DNA of 64,000 nucleotides from Torpedo marmorata (taxonomy: Eukaryota): assembly GCA_977017645.1 (NCBI GenBank), contig OZ360222.1, positions 270,196,001 through 270,260,000 of the forward strand, in the 5' to 3' direction. How positions within the stretch are numbered: the first letter of the stretch is position 1; the number at the start of each line of letters is the position of its first letter. Below, piece after piece: positions 11,301 through 26,300 of this stretch. The notes beneath the pieces are model-generated. The model did no database searches. It saw nothing but the letters and a program-made list of their open reading frames with translations, and was not told where the DNA came from. Position numbers and translations under genes: made by a program.

Positions 11301-14300
11301 AAGTACACCAAGGCAGCCTGCCGTCTGCTGATGAACTCATGTTAGACCCCACCTGGAGGAGGAGCTGAAGGCGAAAGGGAATGTTCCCTGAATGGGCAGA
11401 CGTCATCAATTTTAAAAACAATTTAGACATACAGGCCTTTCTGGCCCACGAGCCCGTGCCGCGCAATTACACCCAATTGACCTACAACGCCGGTACGTTT
11501 TGGAGGGTGGAAGGAAACTGGAGAACCCGGAGGAAACTCACACAGACACGGGGAGAACGTACAAACTCCTTACAGACAGCACCGGATTCGAACCCAGGTC
11601 GCTGGCGCTGTAAAAGCGTTGCACTAACCGCTACGCTAACCGCGCCAAGTGTGCTTCCATTTCAGCACCGCTGATTGAACTGACCTGCTAGACTTGGCCA
11701 GAGTCAGATAGTGAGAGAACATGAGATAAACCCCCCTGACCTGTCATCTCCAATTTCCCTGTTACATCTGTTCAAGATAGCATTGGGAGTGCTCGCAGTA
11801 AAGTGCTTGCATAGAGCATAGAGCACAGAACATTACAGCACAGTACAGGCCTTTCAGCCCACAATGTTGTGCCAACCTACAGAAACCTACTCCACACAAT
11901 CTAATCCTTCCCTACCTCACATCCAGAACCCTCTAATTTCCTTACATCATATGCCTATCTAAGAGTCTTTTAAATGTACCTATTGAACCACCATCCCCGG
12001 CAATGCATTCCAGGCACCCACCACTCTCTGTGTAAAAAACGTACCTCTGATCGCTCCCCTAAACTTTCCTCTATTCACCTTAAACTGGTGACCTCTGTGG
12101 AGAACAAGTCCCATCTTCACACTGAGTTTACCATCCATTTTGCTGTATGGCACCCCCTCCATGCTGAAGGGAACATAGAGGCAGATCTAGCATCTCACAA
12201 CGGAAGATCCGTGGCTTTGGACAGCAGTATAATTTTTTTTCCCCCAGGATCTGCGAATTCACCAATGAACAAAGAGAAGCTGGAGGGTCTTAGTGGGTCA
12301 GACAGCAACCATGAAGAGAAATGTTCGGTCAATGTCAGGACCCTTTATTGAGACTCCAATGTTTCTTCATTGCATCCCAGATGCATGCTCCCAGAGACAG
12401 ATATTTAAATTTAAATTTTAAAGTTAAAATTTTAAATTTAGGCATACAGCTCGGTAACAAGCCCTTTTGGCCTATGAGTCCACGCCGCTCAATTACACCC
12501 GATTAAGTTACAGCCCCAGTACGTTTTGAAGGGTGGGAGGAAACCGGAGCACCCGGAGGAAACCTTTGCAGACATGGGGAGAAACATAGAAACATAGAAA
12601 ATAGGTGCAGGAGTAGGCTGATCATCCAACTCAATACCCTGTACCTGCTTTCTCACCATACCCCCTGATCCCCTTAGCCACAAGGACCACATCTAACTCC
12701 CTCTTAAATATAGCCAATGAACTGGCCTCTACTGATTCCTGTGGCAGAGAATTCCACAGATTCACCACTCTCTGTGTGAAGAAAGTTTTCCTCATCTCAG
12801 TCCTAAAGATTTCCCCCTTATCCTTAAACTGTGACCCCTGGTTCTAGACTTTCCCAACATCGGGAACAATCTTCCTGCATCCAGCCTATCCAATCCCTTA
12901 AGAATTTTATATGTTTCAATAAGATCCCCCCTCAATCTTCGAAATTCCAGCGAGTATAAGCCTAGTCGGCCAAGTCTTTCTTCATATGAAAGTCCTGCCA
13001 TCCCAGGAATCAATCTGGTGAATCTTCTCTGCACACCCTCTATGGCAAGAATGTCTTTCCTCAGATTAGGAGACCTAAACTGTACACAATACTCCAGGTG
13101 TGGTCTCACCAAGGCCCTGTACAACTGCAGCAGAACCTCCCTGCTCCTGTACTCGAATCCCCTTGCTATAAATGCCAACATACCATTCGCCTTTTTCACT
13201 GCCTGCTGTACCTGCATGCCCACTTTCAAAGACTGGTGTACAATGACACCCAGGTCTCGTTGCACCTCTCCTTTTCCTAATCGGCCACCATTCAGATAAT
13301 AATCTGCTTTCCTGTTCTTGCCACAGAACCTCACATTTATCCACATTATCCTGCATCTGCCATGCTTTTGCCCACTCACCCAACCTATCCAAGTCCCCCT
13401 GCATCCTCTTAGCATCCTCCTCACAGCTAATACTGCCGCCCAGCTTCGTGTCATCTGCAAACCTGGAGATATTGCATTCAATCCCCTCGTCTAAATCATT
13501 AATATATATTGTAAATAACTGGGGTCCCAGCACCGAGCCTTGCGGTACCCCGTTAGTAACTGCCCGCCATTCTGAAAAGGACCCATTTATTCCCACTCTC
13601 TGCCTCCTGTCTGCCAAGCAATTCTCTATCCACATCAGTACCATACCCCCATTACCGTGTGCTTTAAGTTTGCACACTAATCTGTGTGGGACCTTATCAA
13701 AAGCCTTTTGAAAATCCAAATATACCACATCCACTGGTTCCCCCTTATCTACAAATTCGTTACAGACAGCGCTGGATTCGAACTCCAGTCACCGGCGCTG
13801 TAACAGCGTTGCGCTAACCGGTATGCTAACCCTGTCGCCCCTTTATTTCAAGTGTGGTAACAATATAGAGAGAACAGTTGGTCACCTGTTACAGAAATCC
13901 ACGCATAATACACCAAAGTTCTGGAGAAACTCAGCAGGTCACACAGCATCTATATAGGAAGAAAAGGGATATAACCAATGATTCGGGCCTGGGTCCTTCA
14001 TCAAGGTATGAACAAAAAGCAGGCGTCTGCCTGAGTAAAAGGTGGGGGGAGGAGAGGAGAGGAGAGGAGGGGAGAAGGGCAGGGGAAGGTGCACAGGCCA
14101 ACAGGCAAAGAGGTCATTTGGGTGGGAGAGCTGAAGAGAAAAAATCTGAGAAGTGAAAGGGGAGGGGGTGCAGAGCTGGAGGAAAGGAGACAGAAGGATA
14201 GGGAAAGAGAGAGGGGAGGGGCCTAATGCAAACTGGAGGTCGATGTTAATGGCATCTGATTAGAGAGTCTCCAGACGGAATATCAGGTGCAGTTCCTCCA

Positions 14301-17300
14301 ATTTGGGTAGCCTCTGTTTGGCAGTTCATGAGGCCATGGACTCATGTTGGTGTGGGAATGGGATGTGGAGTTAAAATGGTTGGCCACTGGGAGTTCCCAG
14401 TTATTGCAGTGGACAGAGCGAAGGTGCTCAACGAAATGACCTCCCAGTCTGCGCCCATTCTCCCCAATGTAGCGGAGGCTACAACGGGAGCACCGGATGC
14501 AGTGGAAGAGCCCTGCAGATTCACAAGTGAAGTGTTGCTTCACTTGGAAGGACTGTTTGGGAAACCTGCTGAGTTTCTCCAGCACTTTTGTGTATTGCAC
14601 TACAATCACAGTGTCTGCAGTTTTGGTGAGATGCCATTTAATGGTACCAATGATGCCAACATGATACCCAGACAAATAGGATTAGCTCAGGTGGGCAAAT
14701 TGGTTAGCATGGATGAGTTGGGCTAAAGGGCCTATTTCCATGTTCTATAGCTCAATGACTCTAACAATGCATTAACCACATGCGCTGCACTGGTGGGATG
14801 TTTCAACAGCATATGCACTTGAGTGACAACCAATGGGTCACCCTAACCATTCATTCCTACCAGATGCAGTGTTCCGTACCTGCAGAGTGTGCTTCTGGTG
14901 TTCTGCAATAAACGTTTCTTCACACAGCAGCACTCCCCGAACCTGCAGCTTCAGCACCTAGAATGATATGGACAGGAGTGTCATCTCCTACAGACTCCCA
15001 TTCAAGTCGCATGCTCTCCTGGTTTGGAAAAAGTATTGCTCTTCCAACATTTCTGCATCAACATCTCAGAACATCTGATCCAACAGCCCCATGGAGCACC
15101 ACAAAGTCTACAGCAGTCCAGCAAGGTCCATTGGGATGAGGGATAAATGCTGAGCTGGCTAGTCATACAGATATGCCAAAAATAACATAGAACATAGAAC
15201 ACTACAGCACAGTACAGGCCATTCGGCCCTCAATGTTGTGCCGACCCATATATTCCTTAAAAAAAATGTACTAAACCCTCCCTACCCCGTAGCCCTCTAT
15301 TTTTCTTCCATCCATGTGCCTGTTTAAGAGTCTCTTAAATGCCCTTAATGTTTCAGCCTCCACCACCATCCCTGGCAAGGCATTCCAGGCACCCACAACT
15401 CTCTGCGTAAAAAACTTACCCCTGATGTCTCCCCTACACTTCCCTCCCTTCACTTTGTACACATGTCCTCTGGTGTTTGCTATTCCTACCCTTGGAAACA
15501 GGCGCTGGCTGTCCATCCTACCTATGCCTCTCATAATCTTGTAGACCTCTTTTAAGTCTCCTCTCATCCTTCTACGCTCCAAAGAAAAAAGTACCAGCTC
15601 TGCTAACCTTGCCTCATAAGACTTATTTTCCAATCCATGTAACATCCTGGTAAATCTCCTCTACACCCTCTCCATAGCTTCCACATCCTTCCTATAATGG
15701 GGTGACCAGAACTGAACACAATACTCTAAGTGTGGTCTCACCAGAGATTTGTAGAGTTGAAACATGACCTCTCTACTCCTGAACTCAATCCCCCTATTAA
15801 TGAAGCCCAGCATCCCATAGGCCTTCTTAACTATCCTATCAACCTGCGAGGCAACCTTGAGCGATGTATGGATTTGGACCCCAAGGTCCCTCTGTTCATC
15901 CACACTCTTAAGTAACCGACCATTAACCCTGTACTCAGCCTTCTGGTTTGTCCTTCCAAAATGCATCACCTCACACTTATCCGGATTGAACTCCATCTGC
16001 CACTTTTCTGCCCAACTCTGCATCCTGTCTGTATCCTCTTGTAACCTTCGACAACCTTCAGCTCCATCCACAACTCCTCCAACCTTCGTGTCATCTGACA
16101 ACCTACTGACCCATCCTTCCGCCTCTTCATCCAGGTCATTTATAAAAATCACAAAGAGCAGGGGTCCCAGAACAGATCATTGCGGTACTCCACTAGTCAC
16201 TGACCTCCAGGCAGAATACTTTCCTTCCACTACTACTCTCTGCTTTCTACCTGCAAGCCAATTTTTTATCCACAACATGCGTATCAATATGATAATCCTG
16301 TGTATCCCTGCACTCTTTCTACTGCTTGCCTGCCCACTGATACCAATACTCCCTTTACCTTTTTTTTCAGACCTACAGCATGGTAACAGGCCCTTTTAAA
16401 ATTTTTTAATTTAGACACACAGCACGGTAACAGGACATTTCGGCCCACGAGCCCGTGCCGCCCAATTTACACCCAATTAACCTACAACCCCGTACGTTTC
16501 GAACAGTGGGAGGAAACCGGAGCCCCGGGGAAAACCCAAGCAGACACGGGGAGAACATATAAACTCCTTACAGACAGCGCGGGATTCGAACCCCGTCCCG
16601 ATCGCAGGCGCTGTAAAGGTGTTGCGCTATCCACTACGCCAACCGTGCCGCCCAAGCCCTTCTGGACCATGAGCATGTGCCACTCAATTACACTCAATTA
16701 ACCTACAATCTCCATACATTTTGAAGGGTGGGAGGAAACCAGAGCACCTGGAGGAAACCCACACAGACACGGGGAGAACGTACGAACTCCTTATAGACAG
16801 GGCCGGATTCGAACCCCAGTCACGGGCGCTGTAACAGCGTTGCACTAACCACTACGGTAACCATGCCGCTTCTTTTTGAGACTCTTCTAGAGCCCTAATC
16901 TTATGACAGCAGAGAGGAGGTTCTTCAGCCCATTGGGTCGATGCCAGCTCCCTAGGAAGCAATCCTATTTGTCCCATTTCTCTTCTCCTCATTTCCCTGC
17001 AGCCCTGCAACTTATTTTCTCTCCTACAAATTACCATCAACTCCCGTTTGGTTCCTTTTGCTACAAACTTTCACTGAAAAGCAATTTACAAGTAAATATC
17101 ACATTGGCCTGATATGTAGGTCATCCAGGTCTCATAGGAGGGCAGGGACCTCTGTGCCAGGTCTTGATCTACAAACATCCTTTTCCTCAATCAACCAAAG
17201 ACAGCACGAGCACATTGAAAGCAGTGGTCAATTTTATCATCAACGCCTGCCCTCAGTGGGCGGTGGTGCCTGAGATTTAGAAAGTGGTCCACATCTTCCA

Positions 17301-20300
17301 GGTTCTTGCCCTTAACTGTTGTTCTCAGAGGTTAGTGTGGCGTACTCGAGGCAGGTAGGTTCGTAGACACCGTTGTCATGAAGATGTCGTTCATACAATT
17401 TTATTGAGATTCGATAAATTTCATGAAAATTAAAAACTACAGATGTTGGAATAAAACTGAAAATGCTGGAAACACTCAGCTGGTCAGAAAGCATCTGGCT
17501 TTGACATCAGACTTAAACTCAGCTTCCGTTTTTACTGCACTTTCTAACGGTGATACTCCCATCAATAATCACAGTGGTCCTGAAATATATCTGAAATTAT
17601 ATTATAGTGTAACATTGAGTGTCATCTGCTCTGTCAATTAACTCTTCCAGTATATTAAGAACTTCATCAATGAAACTTGGATCCATCGATATGAAACACC
17701 ACTGCAGGAATATTCGTTAATGCTCCTCTGGTCCTTCATTGTATCTGTGTACCCAGTTGGAGGATTGGTCGGAGCACAATTTGCTGCCGTTCTAATTGTG
17801 AAGTATGGAAGGTAGGAACACTAGATTGTGGCCATGTCTCGAAAATGTGTGCTCTGAATTTGTATCACCTCACATCGTGGTTTAAACAGAAAAGCTATGC
17901 TCCCAATAGGAATGATGCGTGCATTTGGCAACTTGAGGACGAAAACAGTACAATAGAAGGTAAGATGGCAATAATTCAGGAAGGCAAATGAAGAATTGAT
18001 GTCAAAGTATTAGATGGAATTGACAGACTGAATCCTGCAGGGACAATCATGGGGCGTCAGTAGCAAATACCAGTGGACATCTCTTTAAGGTGAGGGAAGG
18101 AAAGTTTAGGGGAGATGTCAGAGGTAAGTTTTTTACACAGAGAGCGGTGGGTGTCTGGAGTGCATTGTCGGGGGTGATGGTGGAGGTTGGTACGATAGGG
18201 GCATTTAAAAGAATTTTAGACAGGCACATGGATGTAAGAAAAATAGAAGGTTATGGGTGTGATGTTGGGGATTAGATTGTTATAGAGTAGGCTTAAATAG
18301 GTCAGCACAACGTCATGGGCCAAAGGACCGGTACTGTACTCTATGTTCTCTGTTCAATTTAAAAGACTTTGAGATAGGCACATAGGTGTAAGGAAAATGG
18401 AGGGTCGTGGTCTGTGAAGGAGGGAAGGGTTAGATTGATGTGGAGTAGGTTATATATCAGCACAACATTGCGGGCCGAAGGGCCTGCACTGTGCTGTACT
18501 GTTCTATGCTTGTAATTGGGGACGGAGTTAAAGTAGATTGGTTTGGAAGAGTAGATTCATCAAGGAGATTGAGACGAGTGATATATACACTTATAGACAG
18601 AGGGAATCACTGATGAACCTGTCTGTGGACAGTCAGATTGAGGGATTGGAGATGGGGGTTCACTGATAAACTGATGGGGCAATGGATACATTGAGGGATT
18701 GGAGATGGGGGATGATTAGAGTTGGAGGGGTAAACTGTTAGACCATCTGAGAAATTGGTGGTGCAAAGAGGGATGGATGTGTGAAGTTGACAAGAATTCT
18801 AAATTGAAGGTAGATGTGCCAGCTGTCCAGGTCCATCTGATCAGAGGAAAACAACAATGTTGTAGGCAGACAGGAGGCTGCAGATGCTGGTGACTGAAGC
18901 CAAAACACAATCTGCTGGAGGAACTCAGCGGATCGAGCAGCATCCGTGGGAGATGAAAAATGGTCGACATTTTGGGCTGGAACCCATGGGGGAGGTTTGT
19001 GGGTCTGTAGAATGTTACTATCTCTGGCTAACTGAATTAATCTTGTTTTCAAGTGAATTTGAAGATAGAAGATGATTAAACAAATATCGCAAAAATTTTT
19101 GTTATCAAGATCAACACGACAGGGATGTCCTTTGTCACCTGCTTTGTTTGTTTTGGTAATAGAACCTTTAGCAGAAATGATTAGAGAAGATATGAATATA
19201 ATGGGAATAAAAGTGGGTAGGGAGGAACATAAGATTAGTTTATTTGCAGATGATGTATTAATATATATGACGAAATCTGTTACATCACTTCAACAATTGG
19301 CCACTATATTGACAGAATATGGTGAGATATCAGGATATAAAATTAATTCGGATAAAAGTGAGATTTTGGCTTTATCTCAAGGGGATTATACTAGATGTAA
19401 AGAAGTTACGGACTTTAAATGGACCACAGAGAGTATTAAATATTTGGGAGTTAAAATTGATACAAAATTAGAGAATTTGTATAAATTAAATTATATTCCT
19501 TTATTTATGAAAATAAAAAAAGATTTAGAGCTTTGGAAAGATTTACCTATAACTTTGATGGGAAGAGTAAATTGTATTAAAATGAATGTTTTTCCAAGAA
19601 TTCAATATCTTTTTCAATCGATTCCTTATGGTATTCCAAATAAATTTTTTAAAGATTTAAAATTTATTATCAGGAAATTTTTATGGAAAGGAAAGTTGGC
19701 AAGAGTAAGTATAGATAAATTAACATGGAATTATGAGATGGGAGGGTTACAACTTCCCAATTTTCAGTATTATTATAAAGTAGCTCAATTAAAATTTATT
19801 AATGAATTCTTTGATTTAAATAAATCTTCTGCTTGGATTAATATAGAATTGAATAATATGGGAGAAACACATAAAGAAGATATTATTTATAAATGGAATT
19901 CTAAATTATTATTACTTAAAAAGAAAAATACACCAATTATTAAACATCTGTTGGAAATTTGGTCACAAGTAGACAAAGAGATAGGTCAAAAAGGATTAAT
20001 TTCTTTAAATACACCAATATATCAGAATCCGCTTTTACCATTTTCTATGGATAATCAGTTACTTAAGTTATGGTTTTTAAAGGGAATTAAGACTTTAAAA
20101 GATTGTTTTGAAGCAGGTAGATTTATTACTTTCCAGAGGTTAAAAGAAAAATTTAATATATTAGATAATACAATGTTAGTTTATTTTCAAGTTAAAGCTT
20201 TTTTGATTGAGAGATTAGGGAATGAATTAACAGTACCAAGACAAAATGAATTAGAATTATTAATTACTAAAGTCAATGTTAATAAATTTATATCACAAAT

Positions 20301-23300
20301 GTATAAGTTGTTTCAAAGAAAGATGTCTAAAGTAGGAGTACATAAGTCTAGATTGAAATGGGAATTAGATTTGAATGTTAATATAGATGAAAATCATTGG
20401 AAAGATTTATGTAAATTAAGTATGACAAAAGTCATTAATGTGAGATATAGATTAGTACAATATAACTTTTTTCATCAATTGTATTTGACACCTAAAAAAT
20501 TGAAGAAATTTAATCCAGCGTTATCAGATATGTGTTTTAGATGTAAAACTGAAATAGGATCTTTTGTACACTGTACAAAAATTCAAGATTTTTGGTTGAA
20601 AGTTAAGAATTTTTTAGAAAGAATTTTTAATGTTGAAGTTGCAATGGATCCTATGTTATTTTTATTTGGAGATATTAAAAAATTTAGTATTAGACATAGA
20701 TTAAATATGTATCAAGTAGAATTTTTACGTATAGTATTAGCAGTTTCAAAAAAATGTATAGCTATTACTTGGAAATCGGATGTTGATTTAAATCTAGAGC
20801 GATGGCATGCAGAGTTACGGTCATGTATACCATTAGAAAAAATTACTTATAATTTACGAAATAAATATCATTCTTTTTTGAAAATTTGGGGCCCATATAT
20901 GAGGACTATGGGTTTAACATTGTAAATTCTCTGGATATCAGATCCGCCGGCGAAATAACCTCTAAGATATATTAGTTTTTAAACTTACTGACTCCTCACT
21001 CTATTTATCTATCTTTTCTTTTCTTTTCTTTTATTATTTTATTATATTTTAAAATTAGAATAGGGGGATATAGGGGCTAGGGAGGGGAGGGTGGGAAAGG
21101 GGGGGGAGAAAATGTAATCACATGTATTTTTTAAGAATTATATGCAAAATTATTTTATGTAATGTGTGATTTAAAAATTTAAATAAAATATTTAAAAAAA
21201 AAGATAGAAGATGATTTTTATAAGTATGTCTGGCAAAATAAAGATAAAAGCATTAGGTTCTTTAAATAGCATTTATTCTAACTGGGACCATTGAAGAGAT
21301 GTCTAATGTGAGAAAGATTCAGCCAATTCTGTATAACTCCCGGACATTTCTCTCTATTTCAACTCAGCGAACTGAGCCTGTCCAGTCTTCCGAATGCAGA
21401 GACTAAATTGCTATTACTGCACATAGCAAACCTTGTAATTATTTAGTATGTATCCACCATGCATTTGTGTTTCAGGAAGAAGTCCCTGATGTGTAATAAT
21501 GTTGTGGCAATTGCAGCTGCACTAATAATGGGATTCAGCAAGATGGCAAGATCATTTGAGATGATTGTGGTGGGAAGATTCCTGTATGGAATTAGCATAG
21601 GTAATGGTGTATTTTATTTACAGCTCTAAAGTGTTTTGTTTGCAGAAAGCAAAAATAATGCCTATTAAATGTTGGGAATAGAGACAGAAAATTCTGTCTC
21701 AACCATCACCTAAATCCTCCAGGTTCCAGCATCTGCACTCTCTTGTGTGTTCCTAGTTGCTACTTCTTTTCAGGGCATGCAGAGTGCTTCCTCTTCTCAT
21801 CAGCAGGAATCCTGTGATCAGCCCTTTCTCACTTCTCCCCCCTCTGTGGTTTCTATTTATCTTTCTTCACCTGATCCCTTTTTTTAAATCTTCTTTCTCT
21901 CTGTATCTCTCTCTCTCTCTTTTTGTCTCTCCCTTTCGTCTGCCACCTGCCAATCAACTGCCTCTGTTTATCATCCTTCACCCCTCCTTGGTCCACCAAT
22001 CCCTTACTGGCCCCTGTCCACACCCCCCCCCCCACCCGCTCCCCCTCACCCTGCTATCTCCCCTCTGCCCTCGATGAAGGGTTCCAGGCCGAAACATTGA
22101 CAATTCTTTTCCTCCCACTAATGCTGCCCGACCCGCTGAGTTCCTCCAGTGGACTGCTTTTTGTTCTGGATTCTGTAGCCTCTCCCAAGTCAACGGAATC
22201 AGGATGCTGCCTCACGACATGGTGGTGAATAGCTCCAAGCTCTCTGCCTAATGACACCATTAAATGGACTCAAGGAGCTCATTGACGTCACGTCAAGTTC
22301 CTCCTGATATCTGGTGCTAATCATTTGAAATCGCCAACCTAAGTGGTCACAGTGCAATCATATATACAGCAGAGAAGGAGATGATTCCGTCTGTCAGTTA
22401 CCCCACTAGTCCTGCTTTTTCCCCATTACTTTGTAAATCGTTCCCCAATGAACATATTTCAAGATTCCTTTATTGACATGTAATAGTATAGAACATGTAA
22501 TATTACACAAAATTTCCTTCTGCCTGCCGTGAGGCACTAGTGTTGTCGATGCCCCTTACAGTACGAGAGAAAGAGAAGCAAAAGAGAGTCCCTTCAGAGT
22601 CACTGAGTGTCCGTGGATTTACCTCCAGCGCTTCCACAACCTCTGCAGCCGCACAGACCTCTGTTCAATTCATCGGCAACCCGAGCTCCAGATCCAAACC
22701 TCTGACACGATCAGGAAGCCTTCAGCGCCCGAGACCTTTCTGGAGCCCATCTTGCCCTCAGCGCCCTCTCAAATCCCTGCTCCGTTACCTGGTTCCCGTG
22801 AGCCAGTCTCCAGCAGCCCGCAGCCCGTGTGGGTCCCCCGACCACAAGTCGCCCGCAGCCTGCGTGGGTCCCGCAGCCGCTGACCTCCTCGCTGGTTTGC
22901 TGCTGTGGTCACCGTCCTGAAGGGTCGTCTCCTCTGCTTCTCCTTCTCAACGGCAGATGTTCTTCCCATTTCTGGTGTCCTGCTGCTCCCCGGAGTCTGC
23001 AACCCATCGTGGCCGCTGCCGCGCACAGGCACTGCCATCTTGGGCACCGACCTCCACGGTTGCATGATTTTACTTATAAATACTGTTGGCTCCTTTAAGA
23101 GGACGGTTAAAGCCTGTACGAAGCCGTTGGCATTAGGACTGGGTGGCTGAACCCTTCGGAGGAGCGCTGTGTCTCTGCTTCCCCACGTCTGCACCAGCGG
23201 CAGCACTGCCATTACAGCAGCTCCGGCAGTGTCGCTATTTTAAAAAATTTAACATCCATTTGAATCTTGGCAAGGAGTTTGTATCCGCCACCCTTTTATA

Positions 23301-26300
23301 AAATGCACCCCAGATAATAGGAACCAGATGCAGAAGAAAACTATTAAATTCTTCCCTGTCACTTTGCCACTTATCGTGAGTCTCATGTAGCTAGCACTCC
23401 ATGGTTAGCTTGTGGTTCCAAACCTCAGTTTTGTTGACTTGGATGATAATAGAGTATCCATGAGAGATCGAACATGCACCCAACAAAAGGGAGGATGTTT
23501 AACCTGTATCATCAGGAATACATTTCTCCCATCTTACTTTCTTTTCTTTCTTTTTAAAATATTTTTATTGAGTTTCAATAATAAACATGTATACAGAGTA
23601 ACAAGATTAAGAAAAACATTCAAAAAATCAGCTGGTATTCATACATGTATATAAAAAAACGAAGTAAATTGTCGTAACTAAATTCTTAATATAGGTTAAA
23701 ACTCTAGTTCCTTATAATTATCTTAATTTAAAAAAAACACTTAAAATAAAATAAAAAGAAAGAAAAAAAGACAAAAAAAACACTAAAAAAAACTAATCTA
23801 TTCTACCCCCCCCCCCCACCCCCTAAGCGGGTATGGATCCTGTAGCGATCTCCAAGCATCGGACAGAGAGTCCTCGGGATAGTCACTTTTGTTAATTCTT
23901 CCAATCATGATAGTATTCAATGAATGGCCCCCAGATCTTTAAAAATTGAAACTTTCTATCTTTAATATTATATCTAATTTTCTCCAAACACAGATAGGAC
24001 ATTACATCTAGTAACCACTGTCTATGTGTCAGTGATAGTTTAAGGTCCTTTACAATTTAAAGTGGTACATAGAATTCATATGTCTAAACTTAAACTATCA
24101 CGTTTTTACACTGACATAGATCCATTGTGTGAGAGATGTAAAATTTTTGAAGCTTCACTGATACATATGTTTTGGGAATGCCCCAATTTGGAGAGATTTT
24201 GGAAGGATATTTTTAAATCTTTATCATTGATTTTTAAGATTAATATTGAACTATGTGCTATAATTACTCTGTTTGGTTTTTCACGTGAACTTAACATATC
24301 TTTGTCTGCATCACAAGAAAAAGTTTTAGCTTTTTCCACGTTGATTGCCAGATGAGCAATTTTATTGAAATGGAAAGATGAGTTATCACCAACGTCTTAC
24401 TTTCTTGAAATTCTTTCAAACATGAAATGCTTCAATGGAATGTGGAGCAACTTTAATGAAAACCCACCAATACCCTGAGTCACTCACCTCCTCCTCTGCC
24501 TGAGCTTTCTTTGCTTAAGGTGCATGTCGAGGTGACAAAGATCAGTTTGAGATTTGGAGTAAAAGTGAGGTAGCATCTGTGGCTCATTGTCCATTCAGAA
24601 ATCTGATGGCGGAGGGGAAGACGCTGTTTTGTACCGTTGGGTGTTCGTCTTCAGGCTCCTGTACCTCCTTCCTGATGGTAGCAGTGAGAAGATGGCATGG
24701 CCTGGGTGGTGAGGGTCCTTGATGATAGAGGCTATGTGTATAAGTTGGTATCCTTTAATACCATATTGTCCATATTGTCCAGCGCCTCTTGATATATAGT
24801 TGTGATGCATGCACACTAAACAACCTTCCCACAGCTCCTCCAGCCAATCGACCCCTGGCTGAGTTGGTTTACTCACTTGGTCAATCACTAGAAGAAGCAA
24901 CCCACATCATTTGCTCTAATATTCTCAGGGTTTCACCAGAATATTATCAACTTTAATACACTTCAGCTAATAGCACCTCACAAACATCTGGTTATACATA
25001 TCTCTTCCCACGATGGAATAGTCTGTGTTAATATTCTCATCAATGTCTTGCTTATTAACCTTTACATTTGAAATTGTTGATATTTTAAATTATGACTGCC
25101 TGCAGATATAGTACGTACCTAAAATGTGTGCCTCACCTTGCTCCTCGATGTTATACAAGCCCCCTTTTGTCGTTTTCTGCTGCCATTATGTCGAGACACT
25201 ACTTGACTGACACAACTTTGGCTTGCTGTATTTTGCTGAACCTTGCCCACAAAGGCTGCGTGCCCTTGCTTTCTATCATGGAAGCATTTGCAACTCTGAA
25301 GTGATGCACTTGTGTCAAGCAATTCCTATTGCGGTTGGAACAGGTTTCCTACGAGATCTGCTCACTATTGTCACACATGCTCAAATAACCCAGACTCCAT
25401 GTCAAAGACTCCACCATTATTCTCTTCATTGCTTTGCATAGTATCTATTAGCAGTAACTAAGAGGACACTGGGGTGCTTACAAAATTAGAATGAAACATG
25501 GATTTGGACTTCCAATTGTCTGCGGAACATAAAAATAGACTTTGGCATTTCACTGTGGGCTTGAAATTACAATGACTGGTTGACTTCACCAATGAGTGTT
25601 CTCTCCAGTGGCCAGTTTACACCTGGTTGGACAATTGAACATCTACCCCAATCACTGTGATAACATTGAACTTCTCTGAAAGCTTTAAACACAAATAAGC
25701 TGGTGGCACCGACATGCATTGTTGCTGATGTACCATTTTTTAATTTGGTTTCTTTTTCAAAGGCATTGGATTGGTTGCTCACGGCTTGTACCTTGGAGAA
25801 ACAGCGCCGAAGGAATTGCGAGGAGTCGTGTGTCTGACCCGCGCTGTATTTAATGCCTTTGGGAAGTGTATGGGTTTAGTAGTTGGACTCAGGTAATCCA
25901 CAAAAACTTCTCACAATGTGTTCACTTGCAACTCCAGCAATGAAGATCCCTCATCGTGAACAGCACACTTTCAATGTTTAATATTGAATGGGATGGGAGT
26001 CCACATGTCAGGTGTGGAGGTCACAATAAAGAGTGGTGCTGATCAATAAATTTACTATTAGTCTTATTTACACACCTGTGAATGACAGAGAAATAACATT
26101 TAATAAGTTAAATTTAAAAAAATATTAAAAATCATTAAATTAAAATTTATTTTTTAAAATATATAAAATTAAATTAAATTAAATTAAAAGAACAATTTTA
26201 TGTTCCATAGTTATGGTCTTATGTTTAAGATGAATGTATTTTTTGAGAAATTGCTTTGCTTCTTTTGGACAACTTTTTTATTGTTTCTATTTCCTCCATT

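Noticed and set aside
26100-26190. AT-rich (AAATT)n stretch; also the purine-rich tract 63400-63760 and degenerate repeats at 18630-18730
   Set aside because: Low-complexity sequence with no further structure evident.
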